A stretch of 64,000 nt of DNA from an uncultured Acidobacteriota bacterium (GCA_963804995.1 CAWDSK010000006.1:1088001-1152000), one strand, 5' to 3'. Shown: positions 9,971 to 19,976, numbered from the stretch's first letter. Made by a program: numbers and translations. The notes: a model not told the origin generated them from the sequence alone.

Positions 9971-11359
9971 ATGCCCACACCTTCTTCGCCATCCGTCACA
10001 GGGCCTTCCGCCCCGCACGCACAATCAAACGCGACAGCGCAACTCCCCCGTGCCATCGGCTTCATGGGCGCAACGGCATTGGTCATCGGAACGGTCATCG
10101 GTTCCGGCATCTTTATAGTCCCGCACAACGTGGCCCGGCAGGTCGGGTCAGTCAGCATGGTCATGCTGGTGTGGATTGTGGGCGGCGCCCTGTCGCTTGC
10201 CGGCTCACTTTCTCTCGCGGAGCTGGGGGCCGCGGCTCCCGAAGCCGGCGGGGTCTACGTCTACCTGCGCGACGCCTACGGCAAGATGTTCGCCTTCCTC
10301 TACGGCTGGGGAGCGCTGCTGGTGATTGAGTCGGGCGGCATCGCGACCCTCGCCGTGGCCTTCAGCATTTACAGCTCCACCTTCCTTCCCCTTACTCCCT
10401 TCGAACGGAAGTGCCTGGCCAGCGCCGTGATTGCCCTGCTCACCCTGGTGAATATCGCCGGAGTGCGCAAAGCCGCGGTGGTACAAACCGTCTTCACCCT
10501 GGCCAAACTCGCGGGCGTGGCCATCATCGTAGGTTTCGCGCTGCTGGCGACCCACGTAGCACCCCCGGCCCTTACCCAGAACCTCTCCACCCCGCAAACC
10601 ACGCTCAGCTCTTTCGGCGTGGCGCTGATTGCCGTGCTGTGGGCTTATCACGGATGGCATCACCTGGCGTATGCGGCGGGTGAAGTGAAGGATCCCTCGC
10701 GCGTCCTGCCGCGCAGTTTTCTGATTGGCGTGGTGGTAGTCATCCTGGCTTACCTCAGCGCGAACCTGGCCTACCTGCGCGTGCTGTCGCTGCCCGTCAT
10801 GGCCCAGGACGCCTACCAGCGCGTGGCCGCGAAAACCATGGAAATCCTCTGGGGCCCGCAGGGCGCCGCGTTCGTTTCCGGATTGATTCTCTGCTCGATG
10901 TTCGGGGCGATCAACGGCAATGTGCTGGGCGGCGCGCGCGCCTACTTCGCCATGGCCCGCGACGGCGTGTTCTTTGCTTCCGTGGGAAAGGTTCACCCCA
11001 CCTTTGAAACCCCCTACGTGGCCTTGTTGATTCAGGGAGTCTGGTCGATCGTGCTGGCGGCCTCGGGCAGTTTCGAGCAGCTCTTTACCTACGTGGTCTT
11101 TACCGGCTGGATCTTCTACGCGGCGGCCACTCTGGGCGTGGTTATTCTGCGCCGGAAGCGCCCGGATTTGCCTCGACCCTATCGCGTCTGGGGGTATCCG
11201 TACGTGCCCGTGGCTTTCACGGTGGGCGCGCTGATGATTATGGTGAACGCTTTGATCCGCAGCCCGCGCGAGTCCGGCATCGGTCTGGGTTTTGTGCTCC
11301 TGGGAATTCCCATCTACTTCGTCTGGATGCGCTTCGCCCGCACCCGGACGAACGCCTAA
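9971..11359 (+). CDS. APC family amino acid permease
   Basis: GTVIGSGIF, AELGAAAPEAGGVYVYL, RPYRVWGYP; about 12 hydrophobic segments. Confidence 0.93.
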   Translation: MPTPSSPSVTGPSAPHAQSNATAQLPRAIGFMGATALVIGTVIGSGIFIVPHNVARQVGSVSMVMLVWIVGGALSLAGSLSLAELGAAAPEAGGVYVYLRDAYGKMFAFLYGWGALLVIESGGIATLAVAFSIYSSTFLPLTPFERKCLASAVIALLTLVNIAGVRKAAVVQTVFTLAKLAGVAIIVGFALLATHVAPPALTQNLSTPQTTLSSFGVALIAVLWAYHGWHHLAYAAGEVKDPSRVLPRSFLIGVVVVILAYLSANLAYLRVLSLPVMAQDAYQRVAAKTMEILWGPQGAAFVSGLILCSMFGAINGNVLGGARAYFAMARDGVFFASVGKVHPTFETPYVALLIQGVWSIVLAASGSFEQLFTYVVFTGWIFYAAATLGVVILRRKRPDLPRPYRVWGYPYVPVAFTVGALMIMVNALIRSPRESGIGLGFVLLGIPIYFVWMRFARTRTNA

Positions 11360-11399
11360 GACCTGCACGATGCTACTCCCCCAATTGGGCGAGGCCCAT

Positions 11400-11890
11400 A
11401 AATTCGGACCACCCGTACTCTCTCCTCCGCGTAATTTCAAATCAACTCCCCCCTCTGTCGCCGCGGCGACAGAGGGGCCGGGGGTTCGGGGCACCACTGA
11501 CGATGAATATGCCGGGGGTAGCTCCCCTCCTGATTTAGGAGGGGTGGCGCCGTAGGCGACGGGGTGGTTACTCGATCTGCCGGGCGGCGTTAGGCAGCCC
11601 TCAGCACCACCCCGGCGCTCGGCCCCGATGATCAATTTGGAAAGAACGCGCTATCGGGGCTCGGTGCGCCACCCCTCCTCATCTGAGGAGGGGAGCTTTT
11701 TCATGACTGACGGCCACGCTCTTTCGGAGCACACTGACGATGAATATGCGCGCAGCGCCTTGGAGTGCGGTAGCAGCAGCTACCGCTTTTTCCTCCGCGC
11801 CTCACCTATTTGGCGTATGGGCCGAAGGCGGAAAGCGGTAGCTGCTGCTACCGCACTCCAAGGTGCCTTCGGCACACCAATTTTCATGAC
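11400..11890. repeat. Composite cluster of REP-like palindromic cassettes
   Basis: Three different hairpin modules. The 18-bp CACTGACGATGAATATGC repeats at 11495 and 11732, and TTTTCATGAC at 11698 and 11881. Confidence 0.8.
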
Positions 11891-11970
11891 AACAGCAGGA
11901 GGCAGAGCCATGGTGATCACTCGAAGGGTTCGCTAATTTGGACAGCCTAGCTGTCAAATCGATTTCTGCC

Positions 11971-13209
11971 CTACGCGGTTGAGGTCCGAGTGATGGCCGC
12001 CGGGTGCGTCCATATCTCAGGCTTGATCTCCATTCCCAAGCCCGGCAGTTCCGGAGCGCGGATTTTGCCGTTGCGGGGAACCAGCGGATTTACGAGCATG
12101 GTGGGCCAGGTCGTTTCGTAGAAAACCTGGCAACTCTCCTGGATGGCAAGGTTGGTAAGGGCCGTGGAAAGATGGGTGGAGGCGTAAAAAAGCAGCGGCC
12201 CGCCCGCGGTGTGCGGCGCTACGGGCAGCTCAAAGGCTTCCGCCATGGTGCAAATCTTCTTGGCCTCGCTCAGTCCGCCGCACCAGGTAACATCGTACAT
12301 CACGTATTTGGCGCACCGAGCTTCCAGCATTTGCAGAAATTGCATGCGCCCCGCCAGGCGCTCGCTGATGGTGAGGGGGAGCGACGTGGATTCGGCCAAT
12401 TGCCGGTACTGGGGGAAATTGCCGGGCAGCAGCATGTCCTCCAGCCACATGGGCCGATAGGGCTCCAGCGCCTTGGCTATCCGCACAGCGGAAGTCAGGT
12501 CCCAATTTGCGTGAAATTCCATGAGGATTTCAATGTCGTTGCCGAAGGTGTCGCGCAGCTTGCGCACCGGCGCCAGGCCTTCGTCGATGTCAGCCACGGT
12601 AATGTATTGGTGCTGGTTGCGATACGCCGCTCCATCAAAGGGCCAGATCTTGATGGCCTTGACGCCGTACCGGTCGATCAACTCATGCATGATCTTTTCC
12701 GGCTCCTTATTAAAGTCGTAACGGTTGCCGAAGCAGGTGTTGTAGAGGCGAATCTCAGGATTGGACTTTCCCCCCAGCAGGCGGTACACGGGAACATTCA
12801 AGGATTTCCCCAAAAGGTCCCATAGAGCCAGATCAATGGCGCTCAGTACGCGCATCTCCGTGCCGCCGGTCACCTCGAAAGCGAAGGTGCGATAGAAATC
12901 CGCCCAGATGCGGTCGATGTCGCGCGGGTCGCGGCCGAGCAGCATCTCGGCGACGCTCGAATGCACCAGGCTGGACTCCGCTTCATTCCGCGGGTAACAC
13001 TCGCCCAGACCCACCAGGCCGTTGTTGGTGTGGACGCGTACCCACACCCAATTGGGTTCCCAGGGTAAATCGACCCCCGGGCGGAAGTAGGTGGTGTCAA
13101 TCCGCGTAATCTTCATGGGCGGCGCAGAACTTGTCTGGGCAAAGGCGTGAGAGCCAATCTCTGCCAGCGCCGGCGTCAGCAGGAATGGAAGAAAATTTCG
13201 TCGTTTCAT
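11971..13209 (-). CDS. Mandelate racemase / enolase-superfamily (sugar-acid dehydratase-like) enzyme with Tat signal
   Basis: MKRRNFL Tat motif; SAIDLALWDLLGK, PVYRLLGG, WLED, SERL, GGLSEAKKI, APH. Confidence 0.88.
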   Translation of the reverse strand: MKRRNFLPFLLTPALAEIGSHAFAQTSSAPPMKITRIDTTYFRPGVDLPWEPNWVWVRVHTNNGLVGLGECYPRNEAESSLVHSSVAEMLLGRDPRDIDRIWADFYRTFAFEVTGGTEMRVLSAIDLALWDLLGKSLNVPVYRLLGGKSNPEIRLYNTCFGNRYDFNKEPEKIMHELIDRYGVKAIKIWPFDGAAYRNQHQYITVADIDEGLAPVRKLRDTFGNDIEILMEFHANWDLTSAVRIAKALEPYRPMWLEDMLLPGNFPQYRQLAESTSLPLTISERLAGRMQFLQMLEARCAKYVMYDVTWCGGLSEAKKICTMAEAFELPVAPHTAGGPLLFYASTHLSTALTNLAIQESCQVFYETTWPTMLVNPLVPRNGKIRAPELPGLGMEIKPEIWTHPAAITRTSTA

Positions 13210-13324
13210 AAGTTGCCCCCTTTAACCTCAGTCTTGGACAGATCTTCTTTAGGGAAGCCCACAGACATCAATGACTAGCCTCAAGGCTGTTCACCTAAGC
13301 TCTTGTGCTTCCTGTTCGATGCTA

Positions 13325-13668
13325 AGACCCCCTCACCCGTCCCGCCCCGGCCGATGAAAACGCCGGCTGCGGTCCACCCTCTCCCCCAAAGGGGCGAGGG
13401 TTATAAACTCAAGTCAACCTCGTTCTCGCCTCCGCGTAAATTCCAATTAACTCCCCGCTCGGTCGCCGCGGCGACAGAGGGGCCGGGGGAGGGGGTCGCC
13501 CGGAAACAAAGTTCGAAGGAACAGACGAAAAGTATAATGACTAGCCCTCTCCGAGGGGAGAGGGTGGACCGCAGCCGGCGTTCTCATCAGCCGGGGCGGG
13601 ACGGGTGAGGGGTCACTTTCGGGTTTTGGGCGTTTGAAAATTCTACAAGTTAGGAATTCAAAAACCAT
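13325..13668. repeat. Composite palindromic element (CCCTCACCC/GGGTGAGGG module) with one TIR-like end
   Basis: The hairpin module is shared with 1066-1196 and 35848-35985. The end CAAGTTAGGAATTCAAAAACCAT (13646-13668) resembles the termini of 35794-36044. Confidence 0.75.
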
Positions 13669-13721
13669 GAGCCCCGCCCTTCCAAAAAGAAATCCGGGCC
13701 GAGGGTTACGGGCGTGGAAGG

Positions 13722-14273
13722 CTATTTAAAGTTTTCGTCAATGAGGTATTCGACCACGACCACATCGTGCCAGCGGCTGTCCAGGAAGGTATGCTTTTGG
13801 TGCACGCCCACTTCCCGCCAACCGGTCAGGCGGCACAGCGTGCGGCCGGCATCGTTGTGGGCCAGGAATCTCCCTATCAGTTTGAAGTGTCCCTCGGCGC
13901 GCCCCGCGGATTGCACGGCCCGCATCAGTTCCTTGCCCACCCCGTGGCGGCGGTAGTCGCGGTCGATGTAGAGGAGCATTTCCGCAATGCCTTCAATGCG
14001 CGGCCGCACCTGATACGGACTGAGCGAGGACCAGCCCAGAACCCGCCCGTTCAATTCCGCCACCAGCAGCGGAAACCTCCCGGAATGTTCCGTCACCCAG
14101 CGCGTGCGTTCGTCCGGAGTGATCAGAAAATTCTCAAAGGTCGCCATGTGGTCCTGCGTAGCCTGCAAATAAATGCGCGCGATGTCCTGCGCGTCGCGCA
14201 TCTCCGCAGGCCGCACCAGCAATTGGGAACGCGGCCTGTCCGAAAAGCCCACGGTAGAGGGTGGTGTCGACAT
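13722..14273 (-). CDS. GNAT N-acetyltransferase (YncA/MddA, phosphinothricin acetyltransferase-like)
   Basis: ATFE, PLLVAE, RRHGVGKELM acetyl-CoA motif, WHDV. Confidence 0.85.
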   Translation of the reverse strand: MSTPPSTVGFSDRPRSQLLVRPAEMRDAQDIARIYLQATQDHMATFENFLITPDERTRWVTEHSGRFPLLVAELNGRVLGWSSLSPYQVRPRIEGIAEMLLYIDRDYRRHGVGKELMRAVQSAGRAEGHFKLIGRFLAHNDAGRTLCRLTGWREVGVHQKHTFLDSRWHDVVVVEYLIDENFK

Positions 14274-14324
14274 GATTCAAGCCCCACTCATCATAACAAG
14301 TTCTGTGAAGTCCACCAAGCATTA

Positions 14325-14522
14325 GGGAACAGGGAATAGGGAACAGGCGGAAAGGGAACAGGGAACAGGTTACAGGGAACAGTAAAGGCAGGGAATAGGG
14401 AATTGGGAGTTGGGAATGATAAGTCAACGACCTTTTGCATTCTGTCTTGCCTTTACTGTTCCCTGTTCCCTGCCTTCTGTTCCCTTCTGCCTGTTCCCTG
14501 TTCCCTATTCCCTGTTCCCTTT
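14325..14522. repeat. Inverted pair of heptamer arrays (AGGGAAC)n ... (TGTTCCC)n
   Basis: 14325-14417 agggaac/agggaat units; 14457-14522 tgttccc/tattccc units, complementary to the first array. Confidence 0.88.
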
Positions 14523-14544
14523 CCGCCGGTGCCTCAACATTCGG

Positions 14545-15123
14545 TCAAAACCGTTTGGCATCAGCCCGCACGCGGTCGACGTACTTCCCCGTGGCCCAGT
14601 CCACCCGTACTGTCTCACCCGTCTTGATGAATTGCGGCACCATGATTTCGAGGCCGTTCTCCAGTGTCGCCTGCTTGAAAGTATTGTCTTGCTGCTGGTG
14701 GACAGGTTGCGCGGTCGTAGCAACCCTGGCCTCAACGATGGGCGGCAAGACGATGCTGACCGGCTGACCTTCATAAAACTCCACGGGAACTTTCATCTCG
14801 GCCTGGAGGAATGGCGTGGCTGCGCCAATCGCTTCCCGCGGGATCGAAACCTGCTCGTAGGTTTGGGGGTTCATGAAGGTGACGGAATCCGAATCCGCGT
14901 AAAGGAATTCCATATCCTGCCTCTGGAGCTGGGTATCCTCCAGCCGTTCTTCCGGCCGGAAACGGAACTCCTTCAGCGTGCCGCTTATCACGTGGTGGGC
15001 GCGAGCGTGCACGCTTCCCGGCATCTTGCCCTGCCCCAGGTGGTAAGTGGATTCGAACACCTTGTAAATATCCTTGCCAATTTTCAAAACCATTCCCGGC
15101 CGGATTTGCGATGCGATAACCAT
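14545..15123 (-). CDS. efp: Elongation factor P family protein with non-canonical tip loop
   Basis: ASQIRPGM, FLYAD, FMNPQTYEQ, KQATLENGLEIMVPQFIKTGE. The loop reads HLGQGKMPG instead of KPGKG. Confidence 0.88.
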   Translation of the reverse strand: MVIASQIRPGMVLKIGKDIYKVFESTYHLGQGKMPGSVHARAHHVISGTLKEFRFRPEERLEDTQLQRQDMEFLYADSDSVTFMNPQTYEQVSIPREAIGAATPFLQAEMKVPVEFYEGQPVSIVLPPIVEARVATTAQPVHQQQDNTFKQATLENGLEIMVPQFIKTGETVRVDWATGKYVDRVRADAKRF

Positions 15124-15359
15124 GGGGACCTCGTCGGCCCGCAGGGGCAGTTGGGGTACCGTCCGGCTTTGTGGACTTCGAGCGGCGGACGGATGAAGGA
15201 CCCGCTACTTCTGGCTACGCTGCACATGCCGCGCCGGGGTGCACAATTAATCGCCCAGCGGTTCGCAGTCGCCGGAAGATCTCGGGGCAAAGGGATTATT
15301 CTACGCCCGCGCCGCCGAATCAAGTCTTGGTGTTGAAGAGAGCTGCGCCTGCCCGTCCC

Positions 15360-15500
15360 TCGCGGGGAGTTGATTTGAAGTTGAATAACCACCCCGGCGC
15401 TCGGTGCGCCACCCCTCTTGAATCAGGAGGGGAGCTATTACTTAAGAACTCCCCGCCTCAGATGAGGAGGGGTGGCGCGCTGAGCGCCGGGGTGGTGCTG
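15360..15500. repeat. REP-like palindromic doublet (CCACCCC...GGAGGGGAG module)
   Basis: Same module as at 11521-11697 and 54419-54493. Confidence 0.75.
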
Positions 15501-15637
15501 ATAATGAGCTATTGGGGTGGCGCTGATCGGGCCAATATGCGACGGTACTGACAAGGTGATAAAGGGGTGGCGTTGATAGTGGTAGCGCCAACGTATCTTT
15601 CCGCCGCCTCTGAAGCCCAGCATTGTGCAGTCAACAA

Positions 15638-15700
15638 CTGCTCTCTGCCTACTGCTTTCTGCTTACCGCCTACTGCCTTCTGCCTACTGCCTTCTGCTCT
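15638..15700 (+). repeat. Heptamer tandem array, unit CTGCCTW, about 9 units
   Basis: ctgctct ctgccta ctgcttt ctgctta ccgccta ctgcctt ... Confidence 0.85.
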
Positions 15701-15783
15701 CCCCCCCCCGCTGGGAGCCAAATTCTCCCTCACCCCTCACCTAGAATCCGTCGATAGGAAGTAGTGGAGGCATCGAGATTCCG

Positions 15784-15972
15784 ATGCGCGAACAACCCTA
15801 TGGGCAAAGCGGTTCTGAGCTAGGAACAAGCTGGATTGACTGGGCGGCCCGCCATCCCGGAATTGTTCTGCTGGGAACTCTGGTGATAGCGATTCTGGCG
15901 TTCTCCGGGGAACCCAAGCTCGAAGACACTGACTTGGATTCGAGCGGCGAGGAAGTCCCGCTGTTCATCTGA
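15784..15972 (+). CDS. Small single-pass membrane protein, hypothetical
   Basis: GGAGG upstream of the ATG; one hydrophobic helix (GIVLLGTLVIAILAF) and an acidic tail. Confidence 0.55.
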   Translation: MREQPYGQSGSELGTSWIDWAARHPGIVLLGTLVIAILAFSGEPKLEDTDLDSSGEEVPLFI

Positions 15973-16184
15973 GCCGGAGTAAACGAGTTGATCACCTGCC
16001 GGCTCCGCGGGCGAGGAGACGCACAAGCGTTAACCTGACCCTCTGCCATGGAGCCCAGGTGATGACTCCGCTCGGGCTTTTGTAGAGCCCCCCCCTTAGG
16101 CGCGAGGATTTGATCTCCCATCGGAACATCTGCCGGGCTAACCCGTCGCGACGTGGTCGGGATATTCTGGGTCGGGAAACCGGC

Positions 16185-16317
16185 CTCTACAATAGTTGCG
16201 GGCCTGCGACTTTTTGTCATTGGTGGGACATGTCCCAGTTGTTGCTCTCCGCGCGGCATAGCGCGCGGTGTCCCACGAACTTTCCCCTCATCTTGCGTTT
16301 TTCACTAGAGCTTTTCA
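16185..16317 (-). repeat. Dispersed 130-bp non-coding element, copy 1
   Basis: The reverse complement aligns by eye with 43287-43416. Confidence 0.7.
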
Positions 16318-16463
16318 GCCCCCTGAATTTTCATGTTCGGCTCGCTCGCATGACGCAACATTTGTTCAGCATTGCGGAATCTTACTGCGCTGTCAAAATC
16401 ACGGCGGAATGGAAATACCATCCGCTGCACCTAACAAAGAATCAGGCTGGGCGGCAGCAGATT

Positions 16464-17879
16464 TTAGATTGCCGGCCGTTTTTGTGTGAAGTAAACTTTC
16501 GCGAACCACAATCCACCCACAATAATTGCCGCGAGTGTCGCGAGTGAATTTATTCGTGCTGAGTGAGGAAGACTGAGCATGGCAACCAATATCAACGTCC
16601 AAACCAGCGCAGCGATCGCCAAAGCACGGGAGCGGTGAATTCCCTGATCCTTCGTGACAGCAGGCGCTCCGCTGATCTCGCGTGAAGGTTTGCGGCGCAG
16701 TGTAGCAGACAACACTACGGCATAAGTCAGGTAACCTGCGAGTGTGGCGATCCCGGTTATCACCACTTCCAATTTTGCCCACATCACAAACACCATGGAG
16801 AGCAGCGTGACGGACCAAAGCGCGCGCGCGGGAACCCGATGCACGCTGACGCGCGCGAGCCACGGGGACACGGGAAGTTGCCCGTCGCGAGCCATTGCCC
16901 AGACCATGCGCGTGAGCGTTGTCAGGTTGGCCAAGGCCGAGGCGAAGATCGAGATGAAGACCATGAACATCGTGGCGTGAGTCACGAGAGGCGGGAAGTA
17001 GTGGTCCATGATCAGCCGCAACGGAGTCTGATCCCCCGTGACGGTCTTCAAATCGTAAATGGCCAGCGTGAAGCCCGCGAGCACCAGGAATCCAACAATC
17101 ACGGAGAAAACCTCCGAGCGCACAATCGCGCGGGGAACAATCCGCGTGGGGTCATGAGTCTCTTCCGAAAGATTGGCGGCGCTTTCGAACCCCGTCAGTG
17201 TCCACGCACTCATCAGGGATGAAAACGCGAACGCCCCGATGTACGACAAGCCTCCGGGCTGCGCGGGATGGGTCAGCAGGAATCCCAGCGGCTTCGTGTG
17301 CCGCCAGAGCGCGACGCAGAGAAGCAGCAGACCCACGAGCACCGTCCCCAAAATCTCCGTCACCACCGAAACGTTGTTTACCCAACTCGCCAGCAGGATT
17401 CCGAAATGATTAATCAGCGCGATCGCCCCCAGGATAACGACCGTGGCCACGATAACGTTGCGGTTCGAGGGGGCGAAACCGAGGTAAGGCACGAGATAAT
17501 TGGCCAAGGCGTAACAGACTCCAGGCATCCCGGTAAGGAATTGAATAATCATCAGCCAACCCGCCCACCACGCAAGCTGCGGGCCGGCCAAGCGGCGCGT
17601 CCAATGGTAGGCGTAACCGGAAAGGGGGATTTCCGCGGCAAGGCGAGCAAAAACGAGTGCCACCAGAAACTGCCCCGCGCCCACCACCAGCCAGGTCCAG
17701 ATAAAGGCGGGGCCGGCGATCCGCAAACCGTCGCCATAGTTTGCGAAGAGCCCGGTGGTGACGGAAATTACGGAGAAGCTCAGCGCAAAACTCAAGAAAT
17801 AGCCGAGCGTCCGCTTCAGCTCCTGCCGATAGCCAAATTGCTCAAGCACTTTTTCATCTGGGAACGTGATGGGATCCAT
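16464..17879 (-). CDS. APC family amino acid/polyamine permease
   Basis: GYRQELKRTL, FSVISVTTG, GFESAANLSEET, AMARDG; polytopic membrane protein. Confidence 0.9.
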   Translation of the reverse strand: MDPITFPDEKVLEQFGYRQELKRTLGYFLSFALSFSVISVTTGLFANYGDGLRIAGPAFIWTWLVVGAGQFLVALVFARLAAEIPLSGYAYHWTRRLAGPQLAWWAGWLMIIQFLTGMPGVCYALANYLVPYLGFAPSNRNVIVATVVILGAIALINHFGILLASWVNNVSVVTEILGTVLVGLLLLCVALWRHTKPLGFLLTHPAQPGGLSYIGAFAFSSLMSAWTLTGFESAANLSEETHDPTRIVPRAIVRSEVFSVIVGFLVLAGFTLAIYDLKTVTGDQTPLRLIMDHYFPPLVTHATMFMVFISIFASALANLTTLTRMVWAMARDGQLPVSPWLARVSVHRVPARALWSVTLLSMVFVMWAKLEVVITGIATLAGYLTYAVVLSATLRRKPSREISGAPAVTKDQGIHRSRALAIAALVWTLILVAMLSLPHSARINSLATLAAIIVGGLWFAKVYFTQKRPAI

Positions 17880-18003
17880 CCTTGAAAACCGGTGCACGAT
17901 GCGGGTAGTGAAAAGGTTCACCCAGAGGAGCAATTTCCCCCTGGGGAATTCGCACGGCCCAATTAATCGCCGTCGCACTTTCGAGCCGCCCGCGGACTGG
18001 CAC

Positions 18004-18441
18004 TTACTCACGCTCGGGCGGGGGAATCTGAACGATGACTCGGCACGGCGCGTGGTGGGCCACATATTGGACCACGGAGCCCAGCAGTATCTCACCCAGA
18101 GTATGGGAGTGAGGCCGATGATGGCCCATCACCAGCAAATCCACTCCCTGGTTTTTGGCCTCGCCCACAATGGCCTCACCCACTTCCCGAGCCCGCACTA
18201 GATTAGTGGAAATGGGCTTGGGAAATTTCTTCGCCACACTCTTCGCGTGACTGAGAAGTTCTTTGCCGGGATGGTCGAGGATTTCATCCGTGGCGTCAAG
18301 AGGAGTGGCAAGGGGCACCTCCGCCACGTGTAAAGCCGTCAGGTCCGCGTCCATACCACTCGCCAACTGACAAGCCAAGGTCACCAGGCTTTCTACCGAA
18401 CCGGCGTCACAAATAGCCACCATCACCTTGGATTTGCCCAT
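18004..18441 (-). CDS. Universal stress protein (UspA domain)
   Basis: ALHVAE, DLLVMG, LLGSVVQYVAHHAPCRVIV. Confidence 0.9.
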   Translation of the reverse strand: MGKSKVMVAICDAGSVESLVTLACQLASGMDADLTALHVAEVPLATPLDATDEILDHPGKELLSHAKSVAKKFPKPISTNLVRAREVGEAIVGEAKNQGVDLLVMGHHRPHSHTLGEILLGSVVQYVAHHAPCRVIVQIPPPERE

Positions 18442-18648
18442 GTGTGCCTCCGCTGTTGAAGTTGGGGGCAGAATATTCGCTCCCTCGCAAATTTGCAAGT
18501 GGCAGCGGGAGGCGGCCCGCTGGCGGGGGAGCGTTGGATACAGGTTCAGTTAATCCCCCGGATTTCTGACACTTAGATAAAGAAGACGGCGGGTTGTTGA
18601 GAACAACTCAGGAGAAAGCGAAGGGGGTGTGCGACAAATCTGTGTGGG

Positions 18649-19976
18649 TCAGGCCGCGCGGGGGCGACGGTTCTCCCAGTAATCCTCGAATTTGCCGCTC
18701 AAGCGATGGCAGCGAAGGGCGATGATGGCATTGGCCCCGCGGACCCTCCAGAACATACCGGAGCGCTTCAGCCGAGTGCCGATGAGGGTTTTGCAGCCGG
18801 CTTCGACACCCCGGAACCTACGAACAGATGCTGACGCCGAAAGGTCGGATAGCGCATCCGTTGGGCGTTGACGGTAAAATAATCTGCCGCGTGGCGCAAG
18901 AGTTCGGCGGCTTCGGGCGTGGCTGGGAACAGCGAGCGCAAATCGCGCACTAGGGATTCGATCCGCCCGCTCTCCAACTTCTCCTCCCGTTTTCTGGTCC
19001 ACCTTCGGCGGTGGCGCTCGTCGGTGGGCCAGAGCTGGCCCGACAGCTCCCCTAAGTGCTGTCGGGCATGATAAAGATCCACAATCTGAATGGCTCCCGG
19101 AAAGTGCTCGGCGGTGAGGTTCCAAATCCAAGGAGCACCATCGCCGATCACCACTTTCTTTTGGGCCCGGTTCCAGCCCCGACGATATGCTTCGAGGTAG
19201 ATGCGTCGCCCAAAAACCTCGGCCGTTTCGATGCCTCCCGTGTAGGTGGTGGAGCCTTCTTCGCGCGCCGGTCGGCCCCGGGCATCCCGTGTCGTCTGGG
19301 CGAAGACACAACCTAATTTCACTTCCCGCGTGCGCGCTTGCTCGCTCTGTTTCCCCGCTCGACCCTCGGTTTCCGAACTCACCACCGGTACTCCCGTCCC
19401 ATCCATCTCCACATAGAGTACCGGAATTTCCGGTCCCCTCACCTGCGGCAAGTTCCGTTGCAGGCCTTGCTGGATCGAGGCTTGTTCCTGGGCAGCAATC
19501 TCGGCGCCCAGAGCCTCTGCCTGCCGTTCCACGGCCTTGGTGGTCACCTCCAACCCGGCCAGCAGTTGCAGTTGTTCTCAACCGAGCGCAAAGGAGGTTT
19601 CGCTGCCCACCACCGCCATCATCCGTCGCACCCCAGGAGAATATTCCGTGCCCTCCACATCCAGTTCCTGATCGCGGGGACTCTGTCCCCGGTGACAGGC
19701 CGGACAAACGTAATAGGGACGCTCGGTCTCAACCCGCCCCAGCACGGTCAGCAGTTGCTTCCGACGCCTGCCGCGGTAGGGGGCCCCCCGACCACAGCCG
19801 CAGGGAACTTGGCGAGGGCACTCGTCCGGGGCGGCCAGCAACTCCTCCAGCACCGCCGCCCCCGCCCGGTGCATGGCCGCGCGTGTGGCCATCTCGACGG
19901 CTTCCAAATCCAGCGTCCCGGACTTGCGCCGCCCAGCAAAGATCACCGCCAGCAGGGACTCTACTTCTCGCGCCAC
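18649..19976 (-). pseudogene. ISKra4-family transposase, interrupted as assembled
   Basis: MDGTGVP, GDGAPWIW, DLYHA and GSG.VEAGCK motifs. In-frame TGA at 19578-19580 and a 1-nt deletion near 18806. Confidence 0.85.

Noticed and set aside
9487..10329. Low-complexity ORFs crossing heptamer arrays (also 9123-9728, 14134-14427, 14410-15336)
   Set aside because: The repetitive peptides are by-products of the 7-bp repeats and overlap better-supported genes.
11495..11890. CRISPR or integron attC array
   Set aside because: Inserts are 140-190-bp palindromes found elsewhere in the window; no attC core sites, integrase or cas genes.
19578..19580. In-frame TGA as selenocysteine or genetic-code change
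   Set aside because: It lies in a transposase at a likely CGA codon, and TGA is an ordinary stop in many genes here.
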